The notes beneath the pieces were generated by a model, which did not search any database, was not told the origin of the DNA, and saw only the letters and a list, made by a program, of their open reading frames with translations. The position numbers and the translations under genes were made by a program. From Promethearchaeota archaeon (lineage in GTDB: Archaea > Asgardarchaeota > Lokiarchaeia > Sigyniarchaeales > SOKP01), in contig JAUVXW010000002.1 of the NCBI GenBank assembly GCA_030603385.1, positions 1 through 64,000 on the forward strand: 64,000 nucleotides of DNA. Direction: 5' to 3'. How positions within the stretch are numbered: the stretch's first letter is position 1; each line of letters begins with the position of its first letter. Positions 32,207 to 42,175 of the stretch are shown one piece after another.

Positions 32207-32347
32207 ATGCCAGAAGAGGCAATTAATAACGAGAAAAAGTATAGAATCATAATATATCATGGTCACCTTCACAAAATTCCTATAGATAAAAATAGAGAAG
32301 AACTTCAAGAGAAAGAAGTGGTAATAAAAAAAGAATCATTTAAATGA
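32207..32347 (+). CDS. Possible 46-aa microprotein (HGHLH motif)
   Basis: MPEEAINNEKKYRIIIYHGHLHKIPIDKNREELQEKEVVIKKESFK*. Confidence 0.35.
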   Translation: MPEEAINNEKKYRIIIYHGHLHKIPIDKNREELQEKEVVIKKESFK

Positions 32348-32529
32348 GAGACTATCTAAAAAATTTCAGTATCTTTTTATTTATTAGAAGATCCATATAA
32401 ATTAATCATTTTTACTTCTAAATTGATTTATAAGAGGTTAAGGAATTAAAGAAGTTGAAAAGGATTAAATGAAATCTTTCATTTTTTGGGATTACTTAAA
32501 TTGAATTAAAACATATGAGGATTTTTTAA

Positions 32530-33027
32530 ATGGGTGAACAGATTAAATTGTTAAAAGAAAGAAGAAGTATAAGAAGTTATGATTCAAAGCCAATTGAAGA
32601 TGAAATATTAACTCAAATTCTTGAAACAGCGCGGTGGTGTATGAGTGCCAGAAATAAGCAACCGTGGACATTTTATGTCATTAGAAATAAAGATTTAATT
32701 CAGAGAATTGCAAAGGAATGTACTACTGGTCCCTTTGCTTCAGGAGCTCCTCTATTGATAGCAATTGTTGGAGATAAGGAATTATCACCAAATTGGTATC
32801 TTCATGATACCTGTTTTGTTTCATTACAATTAGCTTTAGCTGCGTGGTCATATGGTATTGGAACATGTTGGATTGGGAGAATAAATAGAGATAATGTAAA
32901 AAATCTATTAAACCTTAAAGAAAGCGATGATTTATTAACCGTCCTACCATTAGGATATCCAAAGGGAAAGATTCCTAAACCAATACCTCGAAAATCATTA
33001 GAAGAAATCGTAAAATATATAGATTAG
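32530..33027 (+). CDS. Nitroreductase family protein
   Basis: RRSIRSY, SARNKQPW, GIGTCWIG, LGYP. Confidence 0.9.
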   Translation: MGEQIKLLKERRSIRSYDSKPIEDEILTQILETARWCMSARNKQPWTFYVIRNKDLIQRIAKECTTGPFASGAPLLIAIVGDKELSPNWYLHDTCFVSLQLALAAWSYGIGTCWIGRINRDNVKNLLNLKESDDLLTVLPLGYPKGKIPKPIPRKSLEEIVKYID

Positions 33028-33066
33028 TTTCTAATTCTCTATATTTTTTTCTAAAAACATATAAAA

Positions 33067-34029
33067 CTAGCTATTTTTCAAAATTTCTTTGAATAATGAA
33101 TTATTAATATTTCCTCCACTTATTACCGCTACTACATTTTTATTTCTCAACTTCTTTTTTTCCTCAAGAATATAAGCAACAACCGTAGCTCCTGCTCCTT
33201 CAACGATTTGACCTTCTATTTTCCACAGGAGACTGATTGCTTTCTTGACACTTTCCTCGTCTACCAAAACAATTTCATCTACATATTTTTGTATTATTTC
33301 AAAAGTAATAGCATCAGATTCAAGTCCACCTAACAAACCCTCTGCTATAGTATTAAATTCTTCGATATCTACGATTTTACCCGCTTTCCAAGATTCATAC
33401 ATAGTTGAAGCCCCTTTAGTTTGAACACCAATTATTTTAATATTTGGATTTAGCGATTTGGCGGCAAAGGCTATCCCTGAGATTAAACCACCCCCTCCGA
33501 TGGGAACAATTATTATATTCGCATTTTTAAGTTCCTTATAGATTTCAAGAGCGATTGTTCCCTGACCCGCTATAATGTTAATATCATTGTATGGACTGAT
33601 ATATGTTAGATTCTCTCGTACAGATAAATTTCTTGCTTTCGTCTCAATTTCATCGAAATCTCCATCTTGAATAATTATAACATCGTATTGTTTGATTCTA
33701 TTTAATTTAACTTCAGAAATATTAATAGGGACTACAATTTTAGCAGGAATTCCTAAATGTTTTGCTGCTAAAGCTATTCCTTGAGCATGGTTTCCCGATG
33801 AGGCTGTAATAATTCCACGAGTCTTTTCCTCTGAACTCAATTGTAACATTCGGTTCAAAGCTCCACGAATTTTAAAGGCATTAGTGAGTTGTAAATTCTC
33901 CAGCTTCAAATAAACATTATTATGGCATAATTCACTGAGATATGCTGAACGAATGAGAGGCGTCTTTCTAACAAATCCTTTAATCTTATGATATGCTTCT
34001 TTTATTACTTCTAAATGCAAACTGTTCAT
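33067..34029 (-). CDS. ilvA: Threonine/serine dehydratase (PLP, fold type II)
   Basis: KLENLQLTNAFKIRGA, ASSGNHAQG, PIGGGGLISG, VISGGN. Confidence 0.85.
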   Translation of the reverse strand: MNSLHLEVIKEAYHKIKGFVRKTPLIRSAYLSELCHNNVYLKLENLQLTNAFKIRGALNRMLQLSSEEKTRGIITASSGNHAQGIALAAKHLGIPAKIVVPINISEVKLNRIKQYDVIIIQDGDFDEIETKARNLSVRENLTYISPYNDINIIAGQGTIALEIYKELKNANIIIVPIGGGGLISGIAFAAKSLNPNIKIIGVQTKGASTMYESWKAGKIVDIEEFNTIAEGLLGGLESDAITFEIIQKYVDEIVLVDEESVKKAISLLWKIEGQIVEGAGATVVAYILEEKKKLRNKNVVAVISGGNINNSLFKEILKNS

Positions 34030-34225
34030 TTTTACACTTTCCGATCTCCTTCAATTTTCAAACATAAAATCACATTATTTAAGAATGGATTTAATAATAA
34101 TGATATCACATTGAAAAAAGATAAAAATTTTTAGGATCCAATTAAAATTTAAAAATTGGGATAAAAAATTAATATTTTTAAAATCTTGATTAATTGTAGA
34201 AAGAACTAAAACCATAAAAATCGAA

Positions 34226-35023
34226 TTGAATGGTGAAAATAACAATATGTTAGAAAAGATATTGAATCTTCGTGATTATGTTCAAAAACTTGAAGATATT
34301 TCAGAGAATATAATAAATCACTTAAACTCCCTCAAAGATTTGGATGATTCAACTAGAAACATATGGACCTCAGATGTTAAGGAATTTTTCCATAATACCG
34401 TTTCTGCTTGGGAAGTGTTAACAACAATCACAGAAGGAGAACCTAATTTGAAAAATATTGACAATTCAAAAAGTTTCTTATATGCTGCTAGAAATCATTT
34501 ATCTAAAATAATAAGTGAACTTAAAATTTTTCCTAGTCTAAAAACATCAATCCTTATTGAAAAAGCTTTCAAAGAATGTTGGGATGCATTTTGGATTGTG
34601 CTTAAAAATCTATTACTTGAAAAGGAAATTGTGAAACCTACTAAAAGAGTTATTAAAGTCTCTGATTTAGAATATCACCTACCTTGTTCTGTGTGTGGTA
34701 AAAGTGCTGTCGAATTTAGAATTGGATATGGAAGATTAGATGAGAAAGAATCACTAGTTTTTAGAGGTATTACTCTTGAAACGTCTCTAAATGTTAAATT
34801 GGCAAATATGTTATTTAAGATTCTGCAGAAAAAAGACCTGCTAGGTGTTCATAATTTTATGAAAAAGTATCATTCATTTGAAGGAGTGGATGCGTATTGT
34901 CCCGAATGTGATAAGATCTATTGTTGGGAGCATTACAATGCAAGAGAAGAATATGATGATGGTTTCTATGATTGTACTTATGGTGAATGCCCAAAGGGTC
35001 ATAAAAGGATGATTGATGATTAA
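34226..35023 (+). CDS. Hypothetical protein: helical N-terminus, Cys/His-rich C-terminus
   Basis: CSVC…CPECDKIYCWEH…CPKGH. Confidence 0.7.
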   Translation: MNGENNNMLEKILNLRDYVQKLEDISENIINHLNSLKDLDDSTRNIWTSDVKEFFHNTVSAWEVLTTITEGEPNLKNIDNSKSFLYAARNHLSKIISELKIFPSLKTSILIEKAFKECWDAFWIVLKNLLLEKEIVKPTKRVIKVSDLEYHLPCSVCGKSAVEFRIGYGRLDEKESLVFRGITLETSLNVKLANMLFKILQKKDLLGVHNFMKKYHSFEGVDAYCPECDKIYCWEHYNAREEYDDGFYDCTYGECPKGHKRMIDD

Positions 35024-35119
35024 ACCTTCTAATTAACAAATGGAATTTAATGATAAAGTTAAAATTTTGTTAATACTTAAACTTATCAAGTTTTTAAAAT
35101 AAAACTGAGAGATAATATT

Positions 35120-35635
35120 ATGGATTTTTATGAAGTAGTTAAAATGAGAAGAAGTTTTCGGGTCTATAAACCAGATATGCCTGAAAAAGAAAAGATTGAA
35201 AGAATTTTAGAGGCTGCTCGTTTAGGACCTACTTGGGCTAATGGTCAACCTTGCTCGTACATTGTAGTTCAAGAACCAGAGAATGTTAAAGCAATATGGG
35301 AAGCAGTCGGACAAATGCAAAAGTTTGCTGAAGCACCCATGTTTATAGTCGGAGTTGTTTCTGAAAAAGCTTCTGGAACTAACTCAAATGGCGAGAAATA
35401 TTATGGTGTAGATTTTGGTATTTGTTTTGAACATTTAATATTAGCCGCTACAGCTGAAGGTTTAGCAACGTGCTGGATTGGATGGTTTAATGAAAAGAAA
35501 GTAAAAGAAGCATTAACTATTCCGGATAAATACAGAGTTATGGGTTTAACACCACTGGGATATTCTGTAAAGTCTAAAGGTGAAATCACCGATCGTAAAC
35601 CTTTGGAAAAAATAGTACATTACGAAAAATTCTAA
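35120..35635 (+). CDS. Nitroreductase family protein
   Basis: RRSFRVY, PTWANGQP, GLATCWIG, LGY. Confidence 0.9.
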   Translation: MDFYEVVKMRRSFRVYKPDMPEKEKIERILEAARLGPTWANGQPCSYIVVQEPENVKAIWEAVGQMQKFAEAPMFIVGVVSEKASGTNSNGEKYYGVDFGICFEHLILAATAEGLATCWIGWFNEKKVKEALTIPDKYRVMGLTPLGYSVKSKGEITDRKPLEKIVHYEKF

Positions 35636-35673
35636 TAAATATTTTTTTTATTTGAATTTAAGGTAAGAATAAT

Positions 35674-35871
35674 TTGAGAGAACGAGAATGCTTTAAGTGT
35701 GGAAAAGTGCTGGATTTTGAAAGTTTTATTAAAAATGTCAGTCCAAATGATACAGAAAAATTAACGAATATTTGGGATAGTAATTATGTTGAATTCTATT
35801 GTTGTCGTTGTTATAGTTTTAAGATTAAATACCAACCTCACAACGATATAGACGAATTTTCTTATTATTAG
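35674..35871 (+). CDS. Small Zn-finger protein (RECxxCGK…W…YCxxC family)
   Basis: RECFKCGKVLDFESF…NIWDSNYVEFYCCRCY. Confidence 0.65.
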   Translation: MRERECFKCGKVLDFESFIKNVSPNDTEKLTNIWDSNYVEFYCCRCYSFKIKYQPHNDIDEFSYY

Positions 35872-35895
35872 CAACTCGTTTTATTGAAAAAAATA

Positions 35896-36303
35896 CTAGG
35901 TTGTCTTGAGTTCTTTTAGTATTTCTTCTAATATTTGTATAACACGTTCTTTATGCGTATATAACGCATTAGGATAGTTATAGCTAAACGTGCGCCAATA
36001 CGGACGCTTATGACCGATTTTAAACTTGACTCCTTTCATTGAGGTTATATAAGAGTTCTCATCAATTTTAGTAGCTATTTGATCAGCGATAATATACCAA
36101 TGAAATTTCGTTTTTCTGGTAGCTCCTGTATTCTTAGGAGCAGGTGTTATTCTTGTTTTAAGACTGTCAAATGTAAAGGTCCATTTGTCAGGAGCTTTTT
36201 TGGTTTCAAACCATTTTCCATTATTGTAATTCCAAGAATGAGAGCCTCCAACTTTCATTCCTGTATAAATTTTCTTATCGTGAATCTTAAAAGTATCATA
36301 CAT
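35896..36303 (-). CDS. Conserved hypothetical, aromatic- and Lys-rich protein
   Basis: YTGMKVGGSHSWNY..GKWFETK…HWYIIADQ…GHKRPYW. Confidence 0.7.
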   Translation of the reverse strand: MYDTFKIHDKKIYTGMKVGGSHSWNYNNGKWFETKKAPDKWTFTFDSLKTRITPAPKNTGATRKTKFHWYIIADQIATKIDENSYITSMKGVKFKIGHKRPYWRTFSYNYPNALYTHKERVIQILEEILKELKTT

Positions 36304-36471
36304 TTTAGTTTCTTAATTACATTACTTTTATTAAAATATCATGAATCAAAAAATTAGCACTGTTTAAATACACTTAAAGACTAATGATTTTTTGTTTACA
36401 TCTGAAATTGAATTATCCTTGAATCTCCAACTAAAAATAATAAATGAAAAAATTGAATTTGTAGTTTAAGG

Positions 36472-36912
36472 CTATTGCTTGGTACTCCACTCATACTTTT
36501 TTGGACCAGCAAATAACAAAAGTATTGCAGGGATTAATATTGGTAAACCGCCCCACCATGTGAATATTTCAAGGATTATTCCCCAAAAAAGCATCCATGG
36601 AAATCTTAAACTTCCCATATCAATTACCCAATTCAATAGAAAATCCCAATCTTTATCTACACATTTATCTGAAAAATTCGGTTTAATAATCGTATATGAT
36701 ATTAAAACAGTAATAATTCCACCTATAATCATCCAAATAAAATATCCTATTCCAAATCCAAATAAAAAAGTTCCAACCGTTACAGCACCCCAAATTCCCC
36801 ATATAACATAGATAACGCCACTTAAAATTCCGATAATCCATGCCCATTTCCCAAGATCAGAAACGGATTTTTCGTATTTTGACCAATTAGGATTTCCTTC
36901 TTCAGTTCCCAT
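36472..36912 (-). CDS. Hypothetical membrane protein
   Basis: 3-4 Gly/Trp-rich TM segments. Confidence 0.7.
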   Translation of the reverse strand: MGTEEGNPNWSKYEKSVSDLGKWAWIIGILSGVIYVIWGIWGAVTVGTFLFGFGIGYFIWMIIGGIITVLISYTIIKPNFSDKCVDKDWDFLLNWVIDMGSLRFPWMLFWGIILEIFTWWGGLPILIPAILLLFAGPKKYEWSTKQ

Positions 36913-37059
36913 ATTCTTATCACCTTTTTTTGTACTTAACTATCTTAACGAATTAGTTACAATATATTAAGCATGTAAATATTTAAAGAATGTTAAGGAA
37001 TTGGTGATGAGGAAATTCAACTTGCTTTTAATTTCGAATCCGTCAAAATAATAATTCCT

Positions 37060-38547
37060 TTAAGAACTTGTTTCTAATATCTCTCCTACATAATAAAAGC
37101 CAACTAAATTACCCCTTCTTTCAAATTTCCGCGAAACTAATAAGATAATTACATGTTCATTTTCATCAAGCAAATTAATATCAACAGCGTGTTTTACAGA
37201 TTGTTCTATTATTTCTTCAGCATCCATATTGAAAAAATTAATTTTTTCTATATAGACCGGCTGCACTCCCCAAACAAGCCCTAATTCTCGCGCTGTTCTG
37301 ATTGATGGAGTAATTGCAACAATTGGTAAAGGGGGGCGATATTTAGCTATCATTCGTGCACCATACCCCCTCCTAGTAATTACTAAAATTTTCCCTCGAA
37401 AATTTAATTCTTGCATTTCTGCTGCTAAAGAATAAATTGCATGTCCTAAAGTTTGTGTATGTGTTAGCCTATCAGAGTCAAATTCATCTGGAACCCTCAG
37501 GGGCATATTCTCAGTTGCAGTTTTAGCAATCTGATTCATGTATTGTACCGCGTTAATGGGAAATTTACCGACAGCCGTTTCACCCGAGAGCATCACAGCA
37601 TCACTCCCATCAAAAACGGCATTAAATACATCATTGGCTTCTGCACGAGTAGGGATAGGTGTGTTAATCATAGATTCGAGCATTTGAGTTGCAACAATGA
37701 CAGGTTTTCCTTCCCTATTACATTTGTAAATCATATCTTTTTGTACTAAGGGTACTTTATCAGGGGCAATTTCCACACCTAAATCGCCTCGAGCCACCAT
37801 TATTCCATCACTTACTTCCAGTATCGAATCAAAATTATCTAAAGCAATAGGTCTTTCAATTTTAGAAATGAGTTTAATATTTTCATTACCATAATTTTCA
37901 AGTATTTTTTTCACATGAAGGATATCACTACTGTCTGAGACAAAAGAAATTGCTACATATTCTGGATCTAATTCAGCAATAAGTTTTAAATCTTTAATAT
38001 CTTTTTCTGTAGGAACTCTTTGCTGTAATTCTCCTTTTGGTATATTAACACCTTTTCTATTGCTAATTATTCCACCTGCTAAGACTTCTCCGATAATATG
38101 ATCTTCTGCTTTATTTTTTACAATAATCTTGATAATCCCATCATTTATAAAAAATACATTTCCAACTCTCATAGACCTTAAAAATCCATCTAATGGTATC
38201 GAGAACTGATCTTGATCTCCTTCAATTTCTTTCTCAAAGACTTTTACTTCTTGGCCAATGTTTAAATTATAGGCATTCTCATCTTTGAATACCCCAACTC
38301 TTATTTTTGGGCCTTGGATATCGGTTAAAATCCCAACATAATTATCAATCTCTCTAATTTTTTTAACCAATTCTCTTTTCTCGTCATGTGTCCCATGTGA
38401 GAAGTTTAAACGGAATATATCTACTCCAGCATCAGATAACTTTTTTAGCATTTGTTTAGAGCTGGAGGCAGGCCCAAGCGTACTAACAATTTTGACTGTA
38501 TTCTCTCTAAACGACATTTTGATACATTTCCTTGATTTTATTAACAC
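37060..38547 (-). CDS. pyk: Pyruvate kinase
   Basis: KIVSTLGPAS, RLNFSHG, MVARGDLGVE, ATQMLESM, MLSGETA; start probably MSFREN. Confidence 0.97.
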   Translation of the reverse strand: MLIKSRKCIKMSFRENTVKIVSTLGPASSSKQMLKKLSDAGVDIFRLNFSHGTHDEKRELVKKIREIDNYVGILTDIQGPKIRVGVFKDENAYNLNIGQEVKVFEKEIEGDQDQFSIPLDGFLRSMRVGNVFFINDGIIKIIVKNKAEDHIIGEVLAGGIISNRKGVNIPKGELQQRVPTEKDIKDLKLIAELDPEYVAISFVSDSSDILHVKKILENYGNENIKLISKIERPIALDNFDSILEVSDGIMVARGDLGVEIAPDKVPLVQKDMIYKCNREGKPVIVATQMLESMINTPIPTRAEANDVFNAVFDGSDAVMLSGETAVGKFPINAVQYMNQIAKTATENMPLRVPDEFDSDRLTHTQTLGHAIYSLAAEMQELNFRGKILVITRRGYGARMIAKYRPPLPIVAITPSIRTARELGLVWGVQPVYIEKINFFNMDAEEIIEQSVKHAVDINLLDENEHVIILLVSRKFERRGNLVGFYYVGEILETSS

Positions 38548-38596
38548 TTTAGGATATAAAAATAATTAATATTATTATTGTGTTTACCCTTAAAAA

Positions 38597-39067
38597 TTAT
38601 TCATTTTCTACAAGTTTTTTTAATCTTACTAATTTTTCTCGAAAGTCTTTCCTAAATGCTTTTAATACTTCAATAGAATTGCTATAATCTGTTGGGTTTT
38701 TAATTTCTTTCATAGATAATAATTGAGTTCTTAAGGTTTTAGGATAAATAGAATACTGAATTAACTTTAATCCATTTTTAATAGCAAATTCTTTTGCAAG
38801 CTGGACTAATAAATCAGAACTATTACCGGCAAGTGTAATCGTTAAAAAATATCGTAATTTTGGTTGTTTTAAATGATTTTGTACGATAAAAAAGTAAAAT
38901 TTCTTAATAACTTCATTCATATCATATATTGATTTTACTGGTAAAGCAAGAAGGGTATTGCCAACGATTTCAGCTATTGGTGCTTTTTTTCCCCTAATTT
39001 TTTTAATATCTTTTATTACTTCGCTCTCAACAAAAGATTTTAATTCTTTTTCACTGAAGATTGGCAT
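38597..39067 (-). CDS. Hypothetical protein
   Basis: Clean 156-aa ORF; no motif recognised. Confidence 0.65.
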   Translation of the reverse strand: MPIFSEKELKSFVESEVIKDIKKIRGKKAPIAEIVGNTLLALPVKSIYDMNEVIKKFYFFIVQNHLKQPKLRYFLTITLAGNSSDLLVQLAKEFAIKNGLKLIQYSIYPKTLRTQLLSMKEIKNPTDYSNSIEVLKAFRKDFREKLVRLKKLVENE

Positions 39068-39368
39068 ATTTTTTGTAGTTATTTTTTAGTATATATCAAT
39101 ATCTTAATTATTTTTTTAAAACTTCTTTTTAATTAAAAAATAGACTGTTTTCTTTAAATACTTTAAATATAAAGTTCGAATTTGTAATGTAAAGATATAA
39201 ATATGTAAAATTGTTACTAACTAACTGATATCAATATTTACCGACAATAAACAACAATTCTCTATTAGAGAATTCAGAGCAATATAAAGCACATTAATAG
39301 TTTCTATATTTGAGGGTTTCATTCATTTTAGTTTTTAACAAATTTACATAAAATATTGTTGTAAAAAT

Positions 39369-39581
39369 ATGGCAGTAATCCCCGCAGTAGAAGAAGATCA
39401 TATAGCAATACAGAAATTTATCGATTGGGATAAATGTCGGAATACATTTTACAACAACATGTACTTAGATAACTGGAAAATTGTAATAAAGATGCCACTT
39501 ATTCCAAGAGAAGACTCAGAAGATAATTTAAAAATAAAAAAATTTGACCTTGAGAAGTACATTTTTTTGTGCTCTTACTGA
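39369..39581 (+). CDS. Small hypothetical protein
   Basis: 70-aa ATG ORF in an intergenic position. Confidence 0.45.
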   Translation: MAVIPAVEEDHIAIQKFIDWDKCRNTFYNNMYLDNWKIVIKMPLIPREDSEDNLKIKKFDLEKYIFLCSY

Positions 39582-39582
39582 T

Positions 39583-39720
39583 TTATTTCTTAGATTTTTC
39601 CTTTTTGTCTTTAATGTAATTATTCCAGCACTTAAAACACATATATGAACTACCATCTTCTCCTAAGACTAAATCTTTGGTAGATCGAATCATTCCACAA
39701 ATATTACATTTTTTCAACAT
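39583..39720 (-). CDS. 45-aa Zn-ribbon microprotein; not in the ORF track
   Basis: MLKKCNICGMIRSTKDLVLGEDGSSYMCFKCWNNYIKDKKEKSKK*. Confidence 0.6.
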   Translation of the reverse strand: MLKKCNICGMIRSTKDLVLGEDGSSYMCFKCWNNYIKDKKEKSKK

Positions 39721-39771
39721 AACTAATAAAAATTTTATGGTGATTAACCTTACTGAAAAATAAAGAATAAA

Positions 39772-40413
39772 TTAAGTAAACTTTATCCATGCTTCGCAAG
39801 TCCGAAGAGCTGTATACTTTTGAAGTTTTTCGGTTGCAGAATCAATCTCTTCTTGAGTCATAAAATATTTTTTAATTCCTTGTTTTTTGAGATCTTCAAT
39901 TTTTTTGTCAATAGCACTCACTATCATACTTGAAAGTTTTTTTGAATATTTAGCACTTTTATCTTTAAGGGTGGTATCATTAATTTCAAGAGATTTTAAC
40001 TCATCAATATATCCTTGTTTATCCAGGTTATCTAATTTATATTGTAAGAAACTAATGCTTTGCTCACGCAATTGTAAAGCTTCATTTACAAAACGGCCAT
40101 GATCTCTCGACCTACCTCTGAAAACCTGGATGGTATCCCAAGTTATTATTATCAAAATCAATAAAGCGAAAATGTCTGTGAAAAAGATATAAATTCTAAA
40201 TTCTGTAAAACTGCTAGAAAATGCCGTAAAAATTAATGAGCTTGCAGCAATAAAGCTTAAAATTAACATTAGCAATATTTTAATCTTCCGGTTTTTATCA
40301 GATTTATCCCATAATATTAAATGGGTAGCTTCTACATCAATTGAGCGATTATACGCAACTTTAATTTTAGCTATAGAAAGTTCTTTCAATTCTTCTAACT
40401 CATTTTCCATCAT
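39772..40413 (-). CDS. 2-TM protein, SLATT-like architecture
   Basis: N-terminal helix, two adjacent TM segments, then a His and a helical cytoplasmic tail. Confidence 0.5.
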   Translation of the reverse strand: MMENELEELKELSIAKIKVAYNRSIDVEATHLILWDKSDKNRKIKILLMLILSFIAASSLIFTAFSSSFTEFRIYIFFTDIFALLILIIITWDTIQVFRGRSRDHGRFVNEALQLREQSISFLQYKLDNLDKQGYIDELKSLEINDTTLKDKSAKYSKKLSSMIVSAIDKKIEDLKKQGIKKYFMTQEEIDSATEKLQKYTALRTCEAWIKFT

Positions 40414-40586
40414 TATACCCCCATATTTCGTGTGAGGTTAGATATTAATTCAAGATAAAATTTGTTGCTTTTATTTATTATAAAGATTTATTCTTATTCT
40501 ATTAAAAATTTTAACTCAAGAATCATTGCATATATTTATAATAAAAAATATTTCAATTTAATAATATAAAGAGGTAAGAAATCAAT

Positions 40587-40802
40587 ATAGATATTGGAAG
40601 TATTGAATCAGGTAATATCGTGTTGAAAGTTTTGACTACCAATGAAGTAAGTCTTACTATTTTACCCAAGGCGAATTTAGTAGATAAAATTAAATATCCT
40701 GGGGCAGCTGCAAATAGAGCCAAGGGAGAACATGGTTTATCTATGATGGCGCGACATCCATCTCATACTATAGGAGTTACTGGGACAGAATTTCATTTAT
40801 AG
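40587..40802 (+). pseudogene. 5' remnant of an MBL-fold metallo-hydrolase
   Basis: IDIGSIESGNIVLKVLTTNEV…AKGEHGLSM (EHG[LF]S motif), then divergence and an early stop; GAGGT SD present but no ATG. Confidence 0.5.
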
Positions 40803-40904
40803 CTATAAAGTAAGAAGTAAATGAAAAAGATTAACAAATTTTATTATTATTTTTCTAATCTCGAAAGCCATAGTAAGTTTCATATTTTATTTATATCAAG
40901 CTCT

Positions 40905-41795
40905 TTAAATTAGGGCTGACATGTCTTTACAATTCTGAATGATACGAAGCAGATCCCTAATTTTGTCTTTATCGTTATGTCCTAAGTTCTCCATTATTTC
41001 GTTAGCTTTTACCACTAGTTTGTCTTTTTTCAACCAACTATAAAATGCTAATTTATCATTTTTATTTAAAAAAGCATCCATTACTTCTTTATAATATTGT
41101 TCAGCTTCTTTATAGAAGCCAAGAACTCCTTTACTTAAGCGGAATTGTTTTAAGGTTTCAGCTAACTCAACTGCTTTCTCAGAAAACATACGATAATCCA
41201 TTGCTTCAAGAGGGGTAAATTCGCTATTTGACGAAATATAAACTCCCGTTCTGAGATAAGTTCTAATATGAATGACTAATATGAAGTAAAACCTTTTTAA
41301 TTGCTCGAAATTATCGTCTAAATCATCTATTGATTTGTTTTCTAGATCTTCAAACATATTGGCTACTAAATATAATAAACGTTGAACTAATTTTTTAGTG
41401 GGAATCTCCTTATAACCAAAATTTTGAATAATTATCCTTTGGTTAGTTTCTTCAATAATTTCAGTATTTGGGAGTCTATTGACATATTTCCTAATATATT
41501 TTTTCAAGACCTTATTAATTTCTGTATCCGATATTATAGTTATGTTTGTTTGACCCGCAAGACTTTTTTTTAATATTTCCCAAATCACAAATTCATTCGC
41601 TTCTAAAACAATCTCATCTTTTATGACCTCACTTGCGTGTTCCATTTTTGGCATAATTAATAATGTCCCATCATTTTGCACTTCCATACCAATCGATGAA
41701 CCCGCGTTTAATTCATAGTTCTCAGTCCATTTTTTGGGTAAACTGATGACTAGCGAACCCCCTATTTTTTGTAGTTTTCTATAAATTCTTTCCAT
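40905..41795 (-). CDS. AbrB-N/PhoU-type phosphate uptake regulator
   Basis: RKLQKIGGSLVISLPKKW (AbrB domain) plus PhoU-like helices; start reassigned to MERIYRK. Confidence 0.8.
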   Translation of the reverse strand: MERIYRKLQKIGGSLVISLPKKWTENYELNAGSSIGMEVQNDGTLLIMPKMEHASEVIKDEIVLEANEFVIWEILKKSLAGQTNITIISDTEINKVLKKYIRKYVNRLPNTEIIEETNQRIIIQNFGYKEIPTKKLVQRLLYLVANMFEDLENKSIDDLDDNFEQLKRFYFILVIHIRTYLRTGVYISSNSEFTPLEAMDYRMFSEKAVELAETLKQFRLSKGVLGFYKEAEQYYKEVMDAFLNKNDKLAFYSWLKKDKLVVKANEIMENLGHNDKDKIRDLLRIIQNCKDMSALI

Positions 41796-42175
41796 AATAA
41801 TATAATAAATTAAAATAATATATACTTTTTTATCTAGTATATATATTATATACCATAAGTTTATACATGAGTTTATATTTTTATAACTTAGAAAATAAAA
41901 AAAGATGTGATTAAACAAAATGTCATTATTTGATATATTTAACCCCAAAAAAAGTAAGAAAAAGTTAGAAGAGCTCAAAATAACGCTTCAATTTAACCCA
42001 CTCTATTTTAAGGAAATGGAAGCGCTTAAATTAAATAGAGATCTTAAAGCTTATGCGTAAATAACTTTTTTTCCTTATATTTTTAATTTACTTATTTTGA
42101 ACTTATAACTGAGTTAATTTTGAAAGTAGTTTCAATATTCAAAATTGAAGAATAAAATTGAAAATAAAGGAATAT

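Noticed and set aside
32207-32347. HGHLH small ORF as a histidine attenuator leader
   Set aside because: The downstream gene is a nitroreductase about 180 nt away, not a His pathway gene, and no alternative hairpins are evident.
41796-41978. Hydrophobic N-terminal extension of the PhoU-like ORF in the track
   Set aside because: It is AT-rich promoter DNA read through from a TTG; the AbrB domain starts at MERIYRK (41795).
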